From Chamaesiphon sp. (lineage in GTDB: Bacteria; Cyanobacteriota; Cyanobacteriia; Cyanobacteriales; Chamaesiphonaceae): DNA of 64,000 nt. Where the stretch lies: the NCBI GenBank assembly GCA_965246715.1, contig CBDFFH010000015.1:352001-416000 (forward strand), in the 5' to 3' direction. Both the position numbers and the translations under genes were made by a program. Position 1 is the stretch's first letter; each line of letters starts with the position of its first letter. The notes below the pieces were generated by a model. The model had not been told where the DNA came from, made no database searches, and saw nothing but the letters and a program-made list of their open reading frames with translations. Below, piece by piece: positions 51,935-62,617 of this stretch.

Positions 51935-52561
51935 TTATAATACGCCTTTAGAACTAGGAATAGTTCCAATGCGGCGGAGGTCGGCTTCTGTTGCCATCCG
52001 CATCGCTCTAGCAAAAGCTTTGAAAGTAGCTTCGATAATATGGTGGGAATTGATCCCATCTAATTGCCGGATATGTAGCGTCATCAGACTGTGATTGACC
52101 ACTGCGACAAAAAATTCTCGGACTAATTGCGTATCGTAAGTACCTACTCGCTGAGTGGAAATTTCTAAACCATAACTGAGATGCGGACGACCGGAGAAAT
52201 CTAGCGCGATTTGCACCAAGGCTTCGTCTAGAGGGGCGATAAAATGCCCAAATCTGACAATCCCTTTGCGATCGCCCAGAGCCTTCGCCAGCGCCATTCC
52301 CAATGTAATTCCCACATCTTCATTGGTATGATGATCGTCGATTTCGATATCGCCTGTGGCCTCGATCTCTAGGTCGAATAAGCCATGTGCGGCGATTTGA
52401 TGGAGCATGTGATCGAGAAAAGGAATCCCCGTCCGCGCCTGACAGACACCAGTACCATCGAGATCGATCGTTACAGTTACATCAGTTTCGCCAGTTTTAC
52501 GGTGAACCGTGGCAATGCGGTGAGATGAGAGTTGCAGGTGAGGAGGGTTAGCGGTTTGCAT
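51935..52561 (-). CDS. hisB: Imidazoleglycerol-phosphate dehydratase
   Basis: [35 protein letters not shown]. Confidence 0.97.
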   Translation of the reverse strand: MQTANPPHLQLSSHRIATVHRKTGETDVTVTIDLDGTGVCQARTGIPFLDHMLHQIAAHGLFDLEIEATGDIEIDDHHTNEDVGITLGMALAKALGDRKGIVRFGHFIAPLDEALVQIALDFSGRPHLSYGLEISTQRVGTYDTQLVREFFVAVVNHSLMTLHIRQLDGINSHHIIEATFKAFARAMRMATEADLRRIGTIPSSKGVL

Positions 52562-52805
52562 GGATTCAGTGAAGAGTGAACAGTGAATAGTGAACAGCGG
52601 CGTAGCTTACCGTCGGGTTTCCCGACACGAAGATCGCACCAAGTAGCGGCTCGCAGCTGGGAGGTTATGCGACGAGACAAGACAGCGAGACCAGACGGCG
52701 AACGGTGGATAGGAATTAGTTATTAGTAAGCAGTATTTACCTAGTGTTGTTGTGAACCTATATTTTACGATCGTTCCCATATCTATTTACTCCCCATCTT
52801 CTATC

Positions 52806-52908
52806 CACTGTCCACTATTCACTGTTCACTGTTCACTGTTCACTGTTCACTGTTCACTGTTCACTGTTCACTGTTCACTGTTCACTGTTCACTGTTCACT
52901 CTTCACTG
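52806..52908 (+). repeat. Heptamer tandem repeat array (CACTGTT)n, about 14 units (STRR-type)
   Basis: Directly visible; related shorter arrays at 3462-3489, 52570-52597 (inverted), 63055-63074 (inverted) and 63211-63282. Confidence 0.95.
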
Positions 52909-52979
52909 CCCCTAGTTATTCCCGCTCGAAATCTGGGAACGATAGAGAAGGTAATCTTCAGATGCAATGGAATCGGTAG

Positions 52980-54167
52980 ATGAGTGGAATGTCTATAGGT
53001 GATGTCTTGGCCCAGAAGGATACATTGCCACTAACTCCATACCAAGTACAGGATCTTGCTCGTTTACTAGAATCTTTGCGCCAACAGCAGGTGAGTGGCA
53101 CCTTGGAGTTGGAAGTAGAGGCACATACTGGCAAATATTGGCAACGAGTCTTGATTTGGTACAAAGGAGAAATTACCTATGGAGGTAATAAATCGATCGA
53201 TCGGGGCGAACTAATTCGGGGGTTAATTAAGAAGTTTAAACCCGAATATACAAACTCGATCGAAAGTTGGCTCGCACAACAATTGCTCCATCAGCATTCC
53301 AGCCGCGATCTGTTGACTTTTTTAGTCCAGCGGCAAGTACTGACTTGGGAGCAGGTTGAGAGTTGGGCGCAGGCACAAATCGTGTTTGTGTTAGAGCAAG
53401 CAGTGAGTTTTTCGGGTAGGTATCGATTTACACCGCAAGCTGAAATCGACTTTTATCATGGCGTTGAAGGTCGAGGACTAAATTGGCAGCAGATCATGAT
53501 GGCGGTCAATACCCGTCAGCAATACTGGAGCAAGATTAGGAGCTTTATTCCTGGAATCGCCGCAATTCCGCTACCACCTACGCCAGCTACGATCGCCAAG
53601 ATCTCCGAGAAGGCGGTCGAGCAACATATCAAAAAGTGGTTTGATGGGCAACGCACGATCGTCGATATTGCCATCGCACTCGATCGCGATCCGCTGCAAG
53701 TAGCGCGTTCTTATACGCAGTGGGCGCAGTTGGGTTGGATGCAGTGCCAAAATTTGGACGATATTGCCTTCGATACGCTATCGCCGCCAGCATTACCGAT
53801 CGTCTTATCGGTGGATGATAGTCCGATCGTCCAGACCCGGATCAAACGTGCGCTGAGCGACCATTGTGAGGTCTTGTTAGCAAATGATGCGATGAGTGCT
53901 TTACACCTCCTCGCCCGCCAACCTGTGGACTTGTTGCTGCTCGATGTGACAATGCCAGGGATCGATGGGATCGAGCTATGTCAGACGCTACGGCGGATGA
54001 GCAAGTTTGCCCAATTACCGATCGTGATGCTGACGGCTAAAGATAAGAGCTACGATCGCGCGCTAGCGGAAATGGTCGGGGCGACGGAATATCTGACTAA
54101 ACCTTTGGATGATGAAAAATTACTTGCTGTTGTTAATCAATACGCCAAAGGTGGGCATATTCAATGA
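52980..54167 (+). CDS. PatA-type response regulator (PATAN/DUF4388 + REC)
   Basis: N-terminal PATAN-like region; C-terminal VDDS, LLLLDVTMP, MLTA, YLTKP; heads the chemosensory cluster. Confidence 0.85.
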   Translation: MSGMSIGDVLAQKDTLPLTPYQVQDLARLLESLRQQQVSGTLELEVEAHTGKYWQRVLIWYKGEITYGGNKSIDRGELIRGLIKKFKPEYTNSIESWLAQQLLHQHSSRDLLTFLVQRQVLTWEQVESWAQAQIVFVLEQAVSFSGRYRFTPQAEIDFYHGVEGRGLNWQQIMMAVNTRQQYWSKIRSFIPGIAAIPLPPTPATIAKISEKAVEQHIKKWFDGQRTIVDIAIALDRDPLQVARSYTQWAQLGWMQCQNLDDIAFDTLSPPALPIVLSVDDSPIVQTRIKRALSDHCEVLLANDAMSALHLLARQPVDLLLLDVTMPGIDGIELCQTLRRMSKFAQLPIVMLTAKDKSYDRALAEMVGATEYLTKPLDDEKLLAVVNQYAKGGHIQ

Positions 54168-54260
54168 TATGTCCGATATCTAGATTACAGCTAATTTGCC
54201 CGATTTCAGATCGACACAACCCACTCTTTACTTTACATAGTTTGCTCTATGTAATTAGTT

Positions 54261-55289
54261 ATGATTGCCGATAAACAGAATCTAATCTTTACTTTACATG
54301 GCTCGCTCTATGGCATCGGTGCGGATCTAGTAAGAGAAATCTGCTGGTTGCCTGAGTTATACTCATTAGCCACAGCACCTTCAGATATCATTGGCATGTT
54401 TGATTGGCGATCGCGAATGTTGCCAGTCATGCATCTAGACTTGCGATTTGGGCGCAGTTTTTCTGGGTGTAATTTAACCGATCGGGCGATCGTTGTGGAA
54501 TGCCAAGGTAGTTATGTGGCGATCGTCGCACACGATGTTTTGGATGTCCAATATCTTACACCTCAACCAATCGATCGCGATCTGATTCAAGGTCGGGAAA
54601 TTTCAGTTGCAAATAACTTTGTCGCTGGCATCGCGCGCTTGAATGATACTCCGGTAATTTGTCTCGATCTCGAACGTTTGATTCGGGAACCGGATGCTGC
54701 CGCTACGGTAGATAACGATTTAGTAGCCGGAGCTGATGGGGATTTTTACCGCCGTTGTTGTCCCGATGTTACTCCAACCGATCGAGCGGTGTTTGCGAAC
54801 CGTGCGCTCCAACTCAAATCCTCGATCGCGACAATTGAGACTGAGCAGGAAGAGGGAGTTTTGACAGTTCAAATCGGGACGGAATATATCGGCATTCCGC
54901 TCGAACTCGTCGTCGATGTTGATGCACTCGATCGCTTCTCAGTTTCGCCAGTACCGCTTGCCCCTAGCCACATTCTGGGACAAACCGATTGGCGGGGCAA
55001 AGTTTTACCCATCCTCGAAATCGGGATGGTATTACAAATTTCCGCCTTACCGCGCCAGGAATTTGTAGTAATTAAAGTTAATGAAATTCTCATCGGCATT
55101 GCTGTCGATCGGATTTTTGATGTCTTGTATTTGGCTGCTTCGGAGATCGACTCGCTACCGATTTCTGTAACCAGTCAACTTCGTAACTACTTACGCGGAG
55201 TTACCAAATACGCAGACGGCATGATGTATGTCGTCAAACTTCAGGAGTTGGTCGAACGCGAGTTTTTACCCGCTCCAATTGCAGCATAG
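54261..55289 (+). CDS. cheW: CheW protein with two CheW domains
   Basis: Two repeats: APSDIIGMFDWRSRMLPVMHL and APSHILGQTDWRGKVLPILEI. Confidence 0.88.
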   Translation: MIADKQNLIFTLHGSLYGIGADLVREICWLPELYSLATAPSDIIGMFDWRSRMLPVMHLDLRFGRSFSGCNLTDRAIVVECQGSYVAIVAHDVLDVQYLTPQPIDRDLIQGREISVANNFVAGIARLNDTPVICLDLERLIREPDAAATVDNDLVAGADGDFYRRCCPDVTPTDRAVFANRALQLKSSIATIETEQEEGVLTVQIGTEYIGIPLELVVDVDALDRFSVSPVPLAPSHILGQTDWRGKVLPILEIGMVLQISALPRQEFVVIKVNEILIGIAVDRIFDVLYLAASEIDSLPISVTSQLRNYLRGVTKYADGMMYVVKLQELVEREFLPAPIAA

Positions 55290-55389
55290 CAGTCAGAGCT
55301 TCACCACTGAGCGTCGCAACGTTTGTCGATGTTTTTTATGTTTATATTCTAAATTTATTTTTTTACCACCCGTCCCTTCACGAAATTGT

Positions 55390-57183
55390 ATGCCGCAAAC
55401 CAATCTGTTAGCGAGAGTTAACAACCTCTCATTTAAGACTAAAGCGATCTTGCTAGCGACATTACTAGCGGTCATTCCTGTCCTCGTTACGGGAGCTTTT
55501 TCAGCATCGTTGTCTGCCAAAAACTTCCGTGACAAAGAAATCGAACAACAGCAGTCATTTGCTAGCGCACTCAGTCAGAATCTAACCCGATTTCTAGATT
55601 TGCGGAGCGTTGACATTCAAACTGTTGCTATTATCGATGCAGTTAACGATCGAACATTACTTGCCAAAACCCCTGTTGCCACGATCGAACGCCAACTCAA
55701 ACTGTTTGCCGATCGCTTTAAAGTTTACGATAACATTGCTGTTCTAGATCTTCAGGGTAGACCGATCGCCGCATCCACATATCTCAACTTGAAATCGAAT
55801 TATGGCGATCGAGACTATTTCCAAACTACTCTAGCAACTAATAAGCCGCAAATCTCGACAGTCGAAAATAATCCATCCAGCAATCGATCGGCGGTTTATT
55901 TGACAGTCCCAACATACGACAAGACTGGAAAGATCGTAGCGGTCATTCTGGCACGGATGCCGATCTCGGCGATATCCAAAGTTGCCAAAACTTTTGGCAG
56001 TGAAAGTAACAAGTGGTTTGTTGTGGATACCAATAGTCAGAAAATTATCTTGGCAACTGATGATATGCAGTCGGGACGCAATGCGGATGATTTGACTAGC
56101 TTTAAAAGCCTGGGTATTAGTAAGACCATGACGCGAGAAGATCTCAACCAATACACCAAGCGGCAACAACTAGTTTCCTATAATAAGTTGCCGCCGAGTA
56201 GTAGTGGTACTGACTTTAAGCTAGCGGCAGTGTCTGCGACCGATCTAGAGGATCTTAGCTCTCGCGAACGTCAAATCTGGATCGCTATCGGGCTAGGAAC
56301 CCTCATAGCTGGAGGTTTGACTGCTGGGATTGCCTTCTTGTTGAGCGATCGCGTTACCAAGTATATCCAACGGGCGATCGCTACGATTACCACATCTACT
56401 AATGAAATCGTCGATACGGTGCAGTTGCAAGAAGTCACAGTGAACGAACAGGCAAACTCCGCGATCGCGACTACCGAGACGATTAACGAACTAGAAAGCA
56501 TCTCCACCCAAACTGCCGAGCAAGCCTCAGCTTCGGCAACTGGAGCCAGACAAGCACTCTCACTCGCCGAAGCAGGTACTCAGTCGGTACAACAAACCCT
56601 GCGGGGAATGTCGGGTTTGCAGGAAAGTGTCGATGAGATTGCCAACCAAGTTGTCAATCTCGGCGAACAAACCGGACAAATTACCGATGTCTCCGATCTA
56701 GTAGCAGATCTGGCGAAACAAACCAATATGCTCGCACTCAAAGCAGCGGTAGAAGCAGCACGGGTGGGCGAACAGGGGAAAGGATTTGGGGTAGTTGCTG
56801 GAGAAATTCGGAAATTAGCAGAGGAAAGTAAAAAATCAGCGCAGAAGATTAATAACTTAGCAACGGACATTCAAGCCGCAATTAACCGCACGGTGATGGT
56901 AACCGATCGCGGGACAAAAACGGTAAGAGAAGGGATCGAACTTGCCGAAAATACCGCCGCTACCTTTATCGGGGTGACGGATGCAGTCAATAACGTGTTC
57001 TTGAACTCTCAACAAATTTCCTCTTCAGCGAAGCAACAAGCAACGGCAATTCAGCAGGTACTTGGAGCGATGACGATGATTTCTGAGGGATCGCAAGAGA
57101 GTGCAGTCGGGATGCACAAAGTGAAAACCTCCACTAGAGAACTCAACCAAATCGCGGATGAGTTGCAAGCAGTAGTGAGTTAA
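55390..57183 (+). CDS. Methyl-accepting chemotaxis protein (Cache-type sensor, 2 TM)
   Basis: TM1, DRDYFQ Cache motif, TM2, QTNMLALKAAVEAARVGEQGKGFGVVAGEIRKLA; ATG at 55390. Confidence 0.92.
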   Translation: MPQTNLLARVNNLSFKTKAILLATLLAVIPVLVTGAFSASLSAKNFRDKEIEQQQSFASALSQNLTRFLDLRSVDIQTVAIIDAVNDRTLLAKTPVATIERQLKLFADRFKVYDNIAVLDLQGRPIAASTYLNLKSNYGDRDYFQTTLATNKPQISTVENNPSSNRSAVYLTVPTYDKTGKIVAVILARMPISAISKVAKTFGSESNKWFVVDTNSQKIILATDDMQSGRNADDLTSFKSLGISKTMTREDLNQYTKRQQLVSYNKLPPSSSGTDFKLAAVSATDLEDLSSRERQIWIAIGLGTLIAGGLTAGIAFLLSDRVTKYIQRAIATITTSTNEIVDTVQLQEVTVNEQANSAIATTETINELESISTQTAEQASASATGARQALSLAEAGTQSVQQTLRGMSGLQESVDEIANQVVNLGEQTGQITDVSDLVADLAKQTNMLALKAAVEAARVGEQGKGFGVVAGEIRKLAEESKKSAQKINNLATDIQAAINRTVMVTDRGTKTVREGIELAENTAATFIGVTDAVNNVFLNSQQISSSAKQQATAIQQVLGAMTMISEGSQESAVGMHKVKTSTRELNQIADELQAVVS

Positions 57184-57307
57184 TCAGTTGCTAGTGACTG
57201 ATGGGCAGTAAAGGTTAATTACTTACACCCTACCGTGGTGTAGCCCTAGCTTATCCACATTTTAGACCAAAAACATATCTAATCTATCAAGCACGAATAC
57301 TACAATT

Positions 57308-59113
57308 ATGTTAACGACATTTAGAACTAATTTCCTAGACAAATTTAATAACCTTTCCTTGAAAACTAGAGGGATCGGTGCTGTCGTATTGCTATCGGTC
57401 TTACCAGTAGCTGCGGTTGGTAGTTTAGCATATTTCGTTTCTGCTAATAACTTGAAGAAGACAGAAGTAGAAAACCAACAATTTTCAGCTAATACGCTTT
57501 CATCTTCCTTGACACGCTTTATCACGCTCCGTAGTAAAGATGCTCAAACAGTTGCTAATTTGCCACTATTTGAGAATAGAAAGTTCGCTCAAAGTGCCAA
57601 GGAAGCAGATAAAGAAACTTTTTTAAATGAATATCTCGATCGATTTACACTTTTTGATGGGGCGATGTTATTGGATCTCAATGGTAATCCGATCGCTCTT
57701 TCCAAAAAAGATACTCGAACCAATTATGCCGACCAAGATTATTTTCAAACTGTACTCAAAACTAATAAGCCTTATGTCAGTAAAGTTGAAATTTCTAAAA
57801 TTACTAAATTACCATCAATTTTCTTTGCTGCTCCAGTTAATGATTCCGCCACAGGCCAACTCATTGCCATCGTTCGCTTGAGAATGCCACTCTCCACTTT
57901 AAAACCAATTGCCCAACCATATGGTACTAATAGTACCCAGTGGCACATTATCGATAAAAATACCAATAAATTTGTCCTCTCACTTGAAGAAAACCAAGTC
58001 GGTCGGAGTACCAGTAATTTTTCTGAATACGATCGGTTAAAAAATAGCGACAAACCTCAATCTACATTCGATATCGATCGATTGAATAATAAAAAACAGT
58101 TAATCTCTGTTCTGAGTATACCCAAAACAGCAGATCTGGGCGATCTTAATTTGGGGATCGTCATGGCAAAAGATACAGATACTATCGATGCTAAGGAAAG
58201 TGGAGTACTACTGATCTTAGCACTGGGGATGTTGATAACGGGGGCGATCACAACAGGCTTAGCGCTACTGTTGAGCAACCGCGTTACCAAGTTTATCCAA
58301 CAGATGGCCGAGACGATCTCCAAATCGTCGGGTGATATCGTCAATACGGTCGAAATGCAAGAAGTCACAGTCAACATGCAGGCAAACTCCGCGATCGAAA
58401 CTAGTACCACAGTCAACGAACTAGGGGCGGTATCCTTCCAATCCGCCGAACAAGCCGAAGCCTCCGCTAGAGGTGCCCGTCAAGCGCTCTCGCTCGCCGA
58501 AGATGGAACGCGAGCTGTACAACAGACACTCCAAGGGATGTCGGGACTGCGGGACAAAGTAGATGCGATCGCCCAACAGATTGTCAACCTGAGCGAACAA
58601 ACCGGACAGATTACGGTGGTTTCGGATCTAGTGGCAGATTTGGCAAGTCAGACGAACATGCTCGCACTTAACGCAGCAGTAGAAGCCGCCCGCGCGGGCG
58701 AACAGGGTAAGGGATTTAGTGTAGTTGCGGGTGAAATTCGGAAACTAGCCGACCAAAGTAAAAAATCTGCGGATAAAATTAACGCCCTAGCAGAAGATAT
58801 TCAAACCGCAATTAACAAGACGGTGATGGTAACCGACGAAGGAACGAAAACAGTAAACGAGGGTATCGATCTCGCCCAATCCACCGCCGCTACCTTTGCT
58901 GGGGTAACAGACGCAATTAACAACGTGTTCTTGAACTCTCAACAGATTTCCAATAGTGCCAAACAACAAGCGGTGTCGATTCAAGCGGTACTCAACTCGA
59001 TGACCACGATCTCGCAAGGTTCGCAAGAAAGTGCGGTCGGAATGCACCAAGTGAAAATGACTACCAGAGAGTTAACACAGGTTGCGGATGAGCTGAAGGC
59101 AGCGGTGGTCTAG
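57308..59113 (+). CDS. Methyl-accepting chemotaxis protein (Cache-type sensor, 2 TM), paralog of the upstream MCP
   Basis: DQDYFQ, QTNMLALNAAVEAARAGEQGKGFSVVAGEIRKLA. Confidence 0.94.
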   Translation: MLTTFRTNFLDKFNNLSLKTRGIGAVVLLSVLPVAAVGSLAYFVSANNLKKTEVENQQFSANTLSSSLTRFITLRSKDAQTVANLPLFENRKFAQSAKEADKETFLNEYLDRFTLFDGAMLLDLNGNPIALSKKDTRTNYADQDYFQTVLKTNKPYVSKVEISKITKLPSIFFAAPVNDSATGQLIAIVRLRMPLSTLKPIAQPYGTNSTQWHIIDKNTNKFVLSLEENQVGRSTSNFSEYDRLKNSDKPQSTFDIDRLNNKKQLISVLSIPKTADLGDLNLGIVMAKDTDTIDAKESGVLLILALGMLITGAITTGLALLLSNRVTKFIQQMAETISKSSGDIVNTVEMQEVTVNMQANSAIETSTTVNELGAVSFQSAEQAEASARGARQALSLAEDGTRAVQQTLQGMSGLRDKVDAIAQQIVNLSEQTGQITVVSDLVADLASQTNMLALNAAVEAARAGEQGKGFSVVAGEIRKLADQSKKSADKINALAEDIQTAINKTVMVTDEGTKTVNEGIDLAQSTAATFAGVTDAINNVFLNSQQISNSAKQQAVSIQAVLNSMTTISQGSQESAVGMHQVKMTTRELTQVADELKAAVV

Positions 59114-59116
59114 GGA

Positions 59117-59192
59117 ATAGGCTTTAGGCTTTAGGCTTTGGGCTTTAGGCTTTAGGAAATAGACTTTAGGCTTTAGGCTTTGGGCTTTAGGG
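59117..59192 (+). repeat. Heptamer array (GCTTTAG)n, left flank of the four-helix-bundle gene
   Basis: GGCTTTAGGCTTTAGGCTTTGGGCTTTAGG... right after the MCP stop. Confidence 0.9.
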
Positions 59193-59301
59193 ATTGGGAT
59201 CTGAGCTATGGATTTACTTTCGCTAACACCCAAGAGGCATTCCGCCTAAAGCATAAAGCCTTCCCATCCACTAAACCGAGAATTAACAATAGATATTAGA
59301 G

Positions 59302-59682
59302 ATGAGTGTTAGTCGTTTTCGAGAATTAAGGGCTTGGCAGTTGGGGATGGACTTAGCAGAGCGTGTCTATCTAATAACAGATTCTTTTCCTAAGTCGGAA
59401 ACTTATGGGCTGACCAGTCAGATTCGCCGCTCGGCTGTCTCGATCCCTTCTAATCTTGCGGAAGGACACGGACGAACTTCACCTAAGGAATTCTTACAGT
59501 TTATTGCTGTTGCTTTCGGCTCTATTTGCGAACTCGAAACTCAAATCTTGCTGTCTCATAGGCTGAAATATATTACTGATGAAAATGACTTGACAACAAT
59601 TTTAGTTTTATTAACTGACACGGGTAAAACGATACGAGGTTTACAAAAAGCCATCAGAGAAAGGCTAGATGACAAAGCCTAA
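59302..59682 (+). CDS. Four helix bundle protein (23S rRNA-intervening-sequence / Avd-like family)
   Basis: FRELRAWQ, FPKSETYGLTSQIRRSAVSIPSNLAEG, AFGSICELETQ. Confidence 0.92.
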   Translation: MSVSRFRELRAWQLGMDLAERVYLITDSFPKSETYGLTSQIRRSAVSIPSNLAEGHGRTSPKEFLQFIAVAFGSICELETQILLSHRLKYITDENDLTTILVLLTDTGKTIRGLQKAIRERLDDKA

Positions 59683-59731
59683 AACCTAAAACCTAAAAAA
59701 CCTAAAGCCTAAAACCTAAAGCCTAAAGCCT
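59674..59731 (+). repeat. Heptamer array (CCTAAAG/CCTAAAA)n, right flank, inverse complement of the left array
   Basis: AAAGCCTAAAACCTAAAACCTAAAAAACCTAAAGCCTAAAACCTAAAGCCTAAAGCCT; supplies the gene's stop and abuts the cheA ATG. Confidence 0.9.
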
Positions 59732-62520
59732 ATGTATATCGACGACGAAGAACTCCGAGGACTATACAAAACCTCAAGTGCCGAACACGTTCAGGCGATC
59801 GAGTCGGCATTGATGCAGTTGGAAAAACAGCCCCAAAATACTGCTGTAATCAAAGACCTGTTGCGCTCCGCGCACACACTCAAGGGTGACTCGCGGATGT
59901 TGGGCGTGGAAGATGTGGAAACGCTCGTTCACCAGATCGAAGAATGTCTGATGCCGATCGAAAAAGGTCGGGTATTGATGACGGATGAATTATCCGATCG
60001 CTTGTATCTCGGCTTAGATACGATTAAGCAATTAGCCCATACTGCGGTCACTGGCGAACCCAATGATGTCAATATGTTTTATGTATTGGCATCCTTGATG
60101 GGTGATGGTGCCGCAACTCCCGAGCCAAAAATTAAAACTCTCGATCCACTCGCCCCCCAGAAAAAAGCAGTTCGATCGTTCGACCCGGCACCAGTTTTGC
60201 TCGATTTGCCAGTAGCTGGTTGGATCGATGTCGTTGGGGAAGCAGCGTTATTCGATGAACCAATCGTTGGCACAGCACATCGCTCGATCGCCCCGCAGAT
60301 CGTTCGCGAACCTGTGGCACCATCAGCAGCATCGCCACTCCAAGCAAGTTTCTTAGAATTAGCCGCAGAACTATTTCCTCCCGATGATTCTACGCTACCT
60401 GAATTAGAGCAGGGGGCGGTATTTAATGATTTCACCCTGATTGCTGGTACCGAAAATGCTAGGGATAGTTACGATTTCAATACTGGAACCGAAAATCTGG
60501 CTTTCTCGATCGCTGATGAATTTGCCTCGATCGGTAGTTTTGCTAGTGATGATGAGTTCGGCGCTCTGCCAGAGCTAACTTTTGATGATGGCTTAGAAAT
60601 AGTCGCCAAAGATCTGTTCTCCAGTTTTGATGACACGCTCATCCCTGACAGTAGTAATTTTTCCACATCGGAAGCTACGCTCATCGTCGATCTCCCAGAA
60701 ATCCCGCCAACTCCCATAGTGCCAGCTCCTGTCTCCAAGGAGCCATCCGCGATCGATTATCAAATCGAGACGATTCGCGTCGAGGCCAAGCAATTAGATA
60801 TTTTGATGGGACAAACTGGCGAAATCAACGTTATCAACCAGCAAATCTCCAGTCGCCTAGCCGATCTTGAAGCAATCGTCGAATTCTGGGATGAGGGTAG
60901 CCGCGATTATCAAGCGCTCCAAACTTTGCTAACGCAAGTACCAGCCCAATCGCCGCTACGTCAATATCTCGGTCGCTGCGATCTCCAATGGCAGCAAATG
61001 GGATCGTTAATCTCTAAGTTTAAAAAAGCGATCGGTAGTGATAGTTCTCGATTGGATTTGGTTTCCTCAGCGCTAGAGTTAGGGGTGACTAAACTCCGAC
61101 TGTTGCCGCTGGCGACGATTTTCAATCTCTTTCCTCGGATGGTGCGAGATTTAGCTAAAAACCAATCTAAGGAAATTAATTTTACGATCGAAGGTGGTGA
61201 ATTACTCCTCGATAAACGGCTCCTTGAGGAGATCAAAGACCCGTTGATGCATATTTTGCGAAATGCGATCGATCATGGCATCGAAGCGCCTACCGAACGC
61301 CAACAGCAGGGGAAATTACCTGCTGCCAACCTGACGATCCGCGTCCGTCAATCCGGAAATCAAACCACGATCGAGATCCTTGACGATGGGCGGGGTTTAG
61401 ACATAAAACGGATTAAAGCGAAGGCGATCGCTAAAGGCATTCATACCGAGGCGGAACTTGCGAACATGAGTATCGAAGCGATCCAATCATTGATCTTTGC
61501 TGCTGGTTTCTCGACACGCGATCGCGTGACCGAGCTATCGGGGCGGGGTGTCGGGCTGGATATCGTGCGTACCAATGTCGAACGTCTCAAGGGTTCGGTA
61601 ACGGTTAGCTCGATGCTCAATCGCGGTTGTACCTTTAGTATTCAGCTCAGTCACACGATCGGCAGTTCGCAAGTGATGATGGTCGAGGTGCGCGATGCCA
61701 TCTACGCCATCCCCGTCGAATTTGTCGATCGGATGTTGCTCCTGAACAAGGCCGAGATCTTTGCCATTGGGGGTAAGCCGACTGCCAAGATCGATGGCAA
61801 CACCGTTACGGTCGCATGGTTGGCGGATATTCTCGCGCTCCCGGCGATCGCCCCGAATTTCCCTGGGGAAGTAGCACGTGCGAACAAATACCGTCTCCTG
61901 TCTGCTCCTCCAGTCGGGACAACAACAACTCGCCCTACTGGTCGATCGCATTCGCGATCGGCAGTTAGTGACGATCGAGGCGCCCCATCCCGTCCTCAAA
62001 AATGTCCCCCATCTCACTGGCTCGACAATTTTGGGCACTGGGGAAGTGTGTTTGGTACTCAATCCCCTCGAGCTATTCACCATGAGTACGGGTGGCAAAT
62101 CACTATCGCCAGCAGTAACTACCGACGACCCCACGCTCGTCTCGCTAGTAGCTGTACCGAAAATCCTGTTAGTCGAAGACTCAATGGTGATTCGGACGCA
62201 GCTGCTGCGGATTCTGAATGCGGCGCTGGCTACCAAGTTACCACCGCGAACTGATGGCTGTGGAAGGCTGGGAAAAACTCCAAATCGAGAAATTCGATCT
62301 TGTCGTCTCCGATGTCGAAATGCCGCGCTGGGGGGGACTAGAACTCACCCAGCAGATTCGCCAACACTATATTTACCAAGATCTCCCAGTGGTGCTGGTA
62401 ACCACCTTATCGCAAGCAGCCGATCGCGATCGCGGTTTCCAGGCTGGTGCGAATGCCTATCTCACCAAAGGCGATTTCGATCAACAACTGTTGCTCGATA
62501 CACTGACAAGGTTGATTTAA
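59732..62520 (+). pseudogene. cheA: CheA-like hybrid kinase (Hpt-dimerisation-HATPase-CheW-REC), frameshifted as sequenced
   Basis: SAHTLKGDS, LRNAIDHGIE, DDGRG, GFST, GRGVGLDIV in ORF 59732; CheW/REC parts continue in ORFs 61878 and 62218; four apparent frame changes. Confidence 0.85.
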
Positions 62521-62617
62521 TTACCGCTCTTTTAGCAGGGCAGCAATTTTAATCGCCGAATGCAGTAATCGCCACACTAACAATTTTTACCCGATCGACT
62601 TATTAAAGGTTAATACA

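Noticed and set aside
52806..52908. CRISPR array
   Set aside because: Contiguous 7-bp units without spacers, and no cas genes
52752..52979. 75-aa ORF with (HCSLFTV)n
   Set aside because: It is the translation of the CACTGTT heptamer array, with no evidence of a real gene
59302..59682. Diversity-generating retroelement suggested by the Avd-like gene
   Set aside because: No reverse transcriptase and no template/variable repeat pair differing only at adenines is visible in the window; the pilB duplication mismatches are not adenine-specific
61535..62236. 233-aa minus-strand ORF
   Set aside because: Antisense shadow of cheA with no protein-like motifs
61870..62262. Programmed ribosomal frameshifting in cheA
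   Set aside because: Four successive shifts with no slippery heptamers is implausible; sequencing error or decay is simpler
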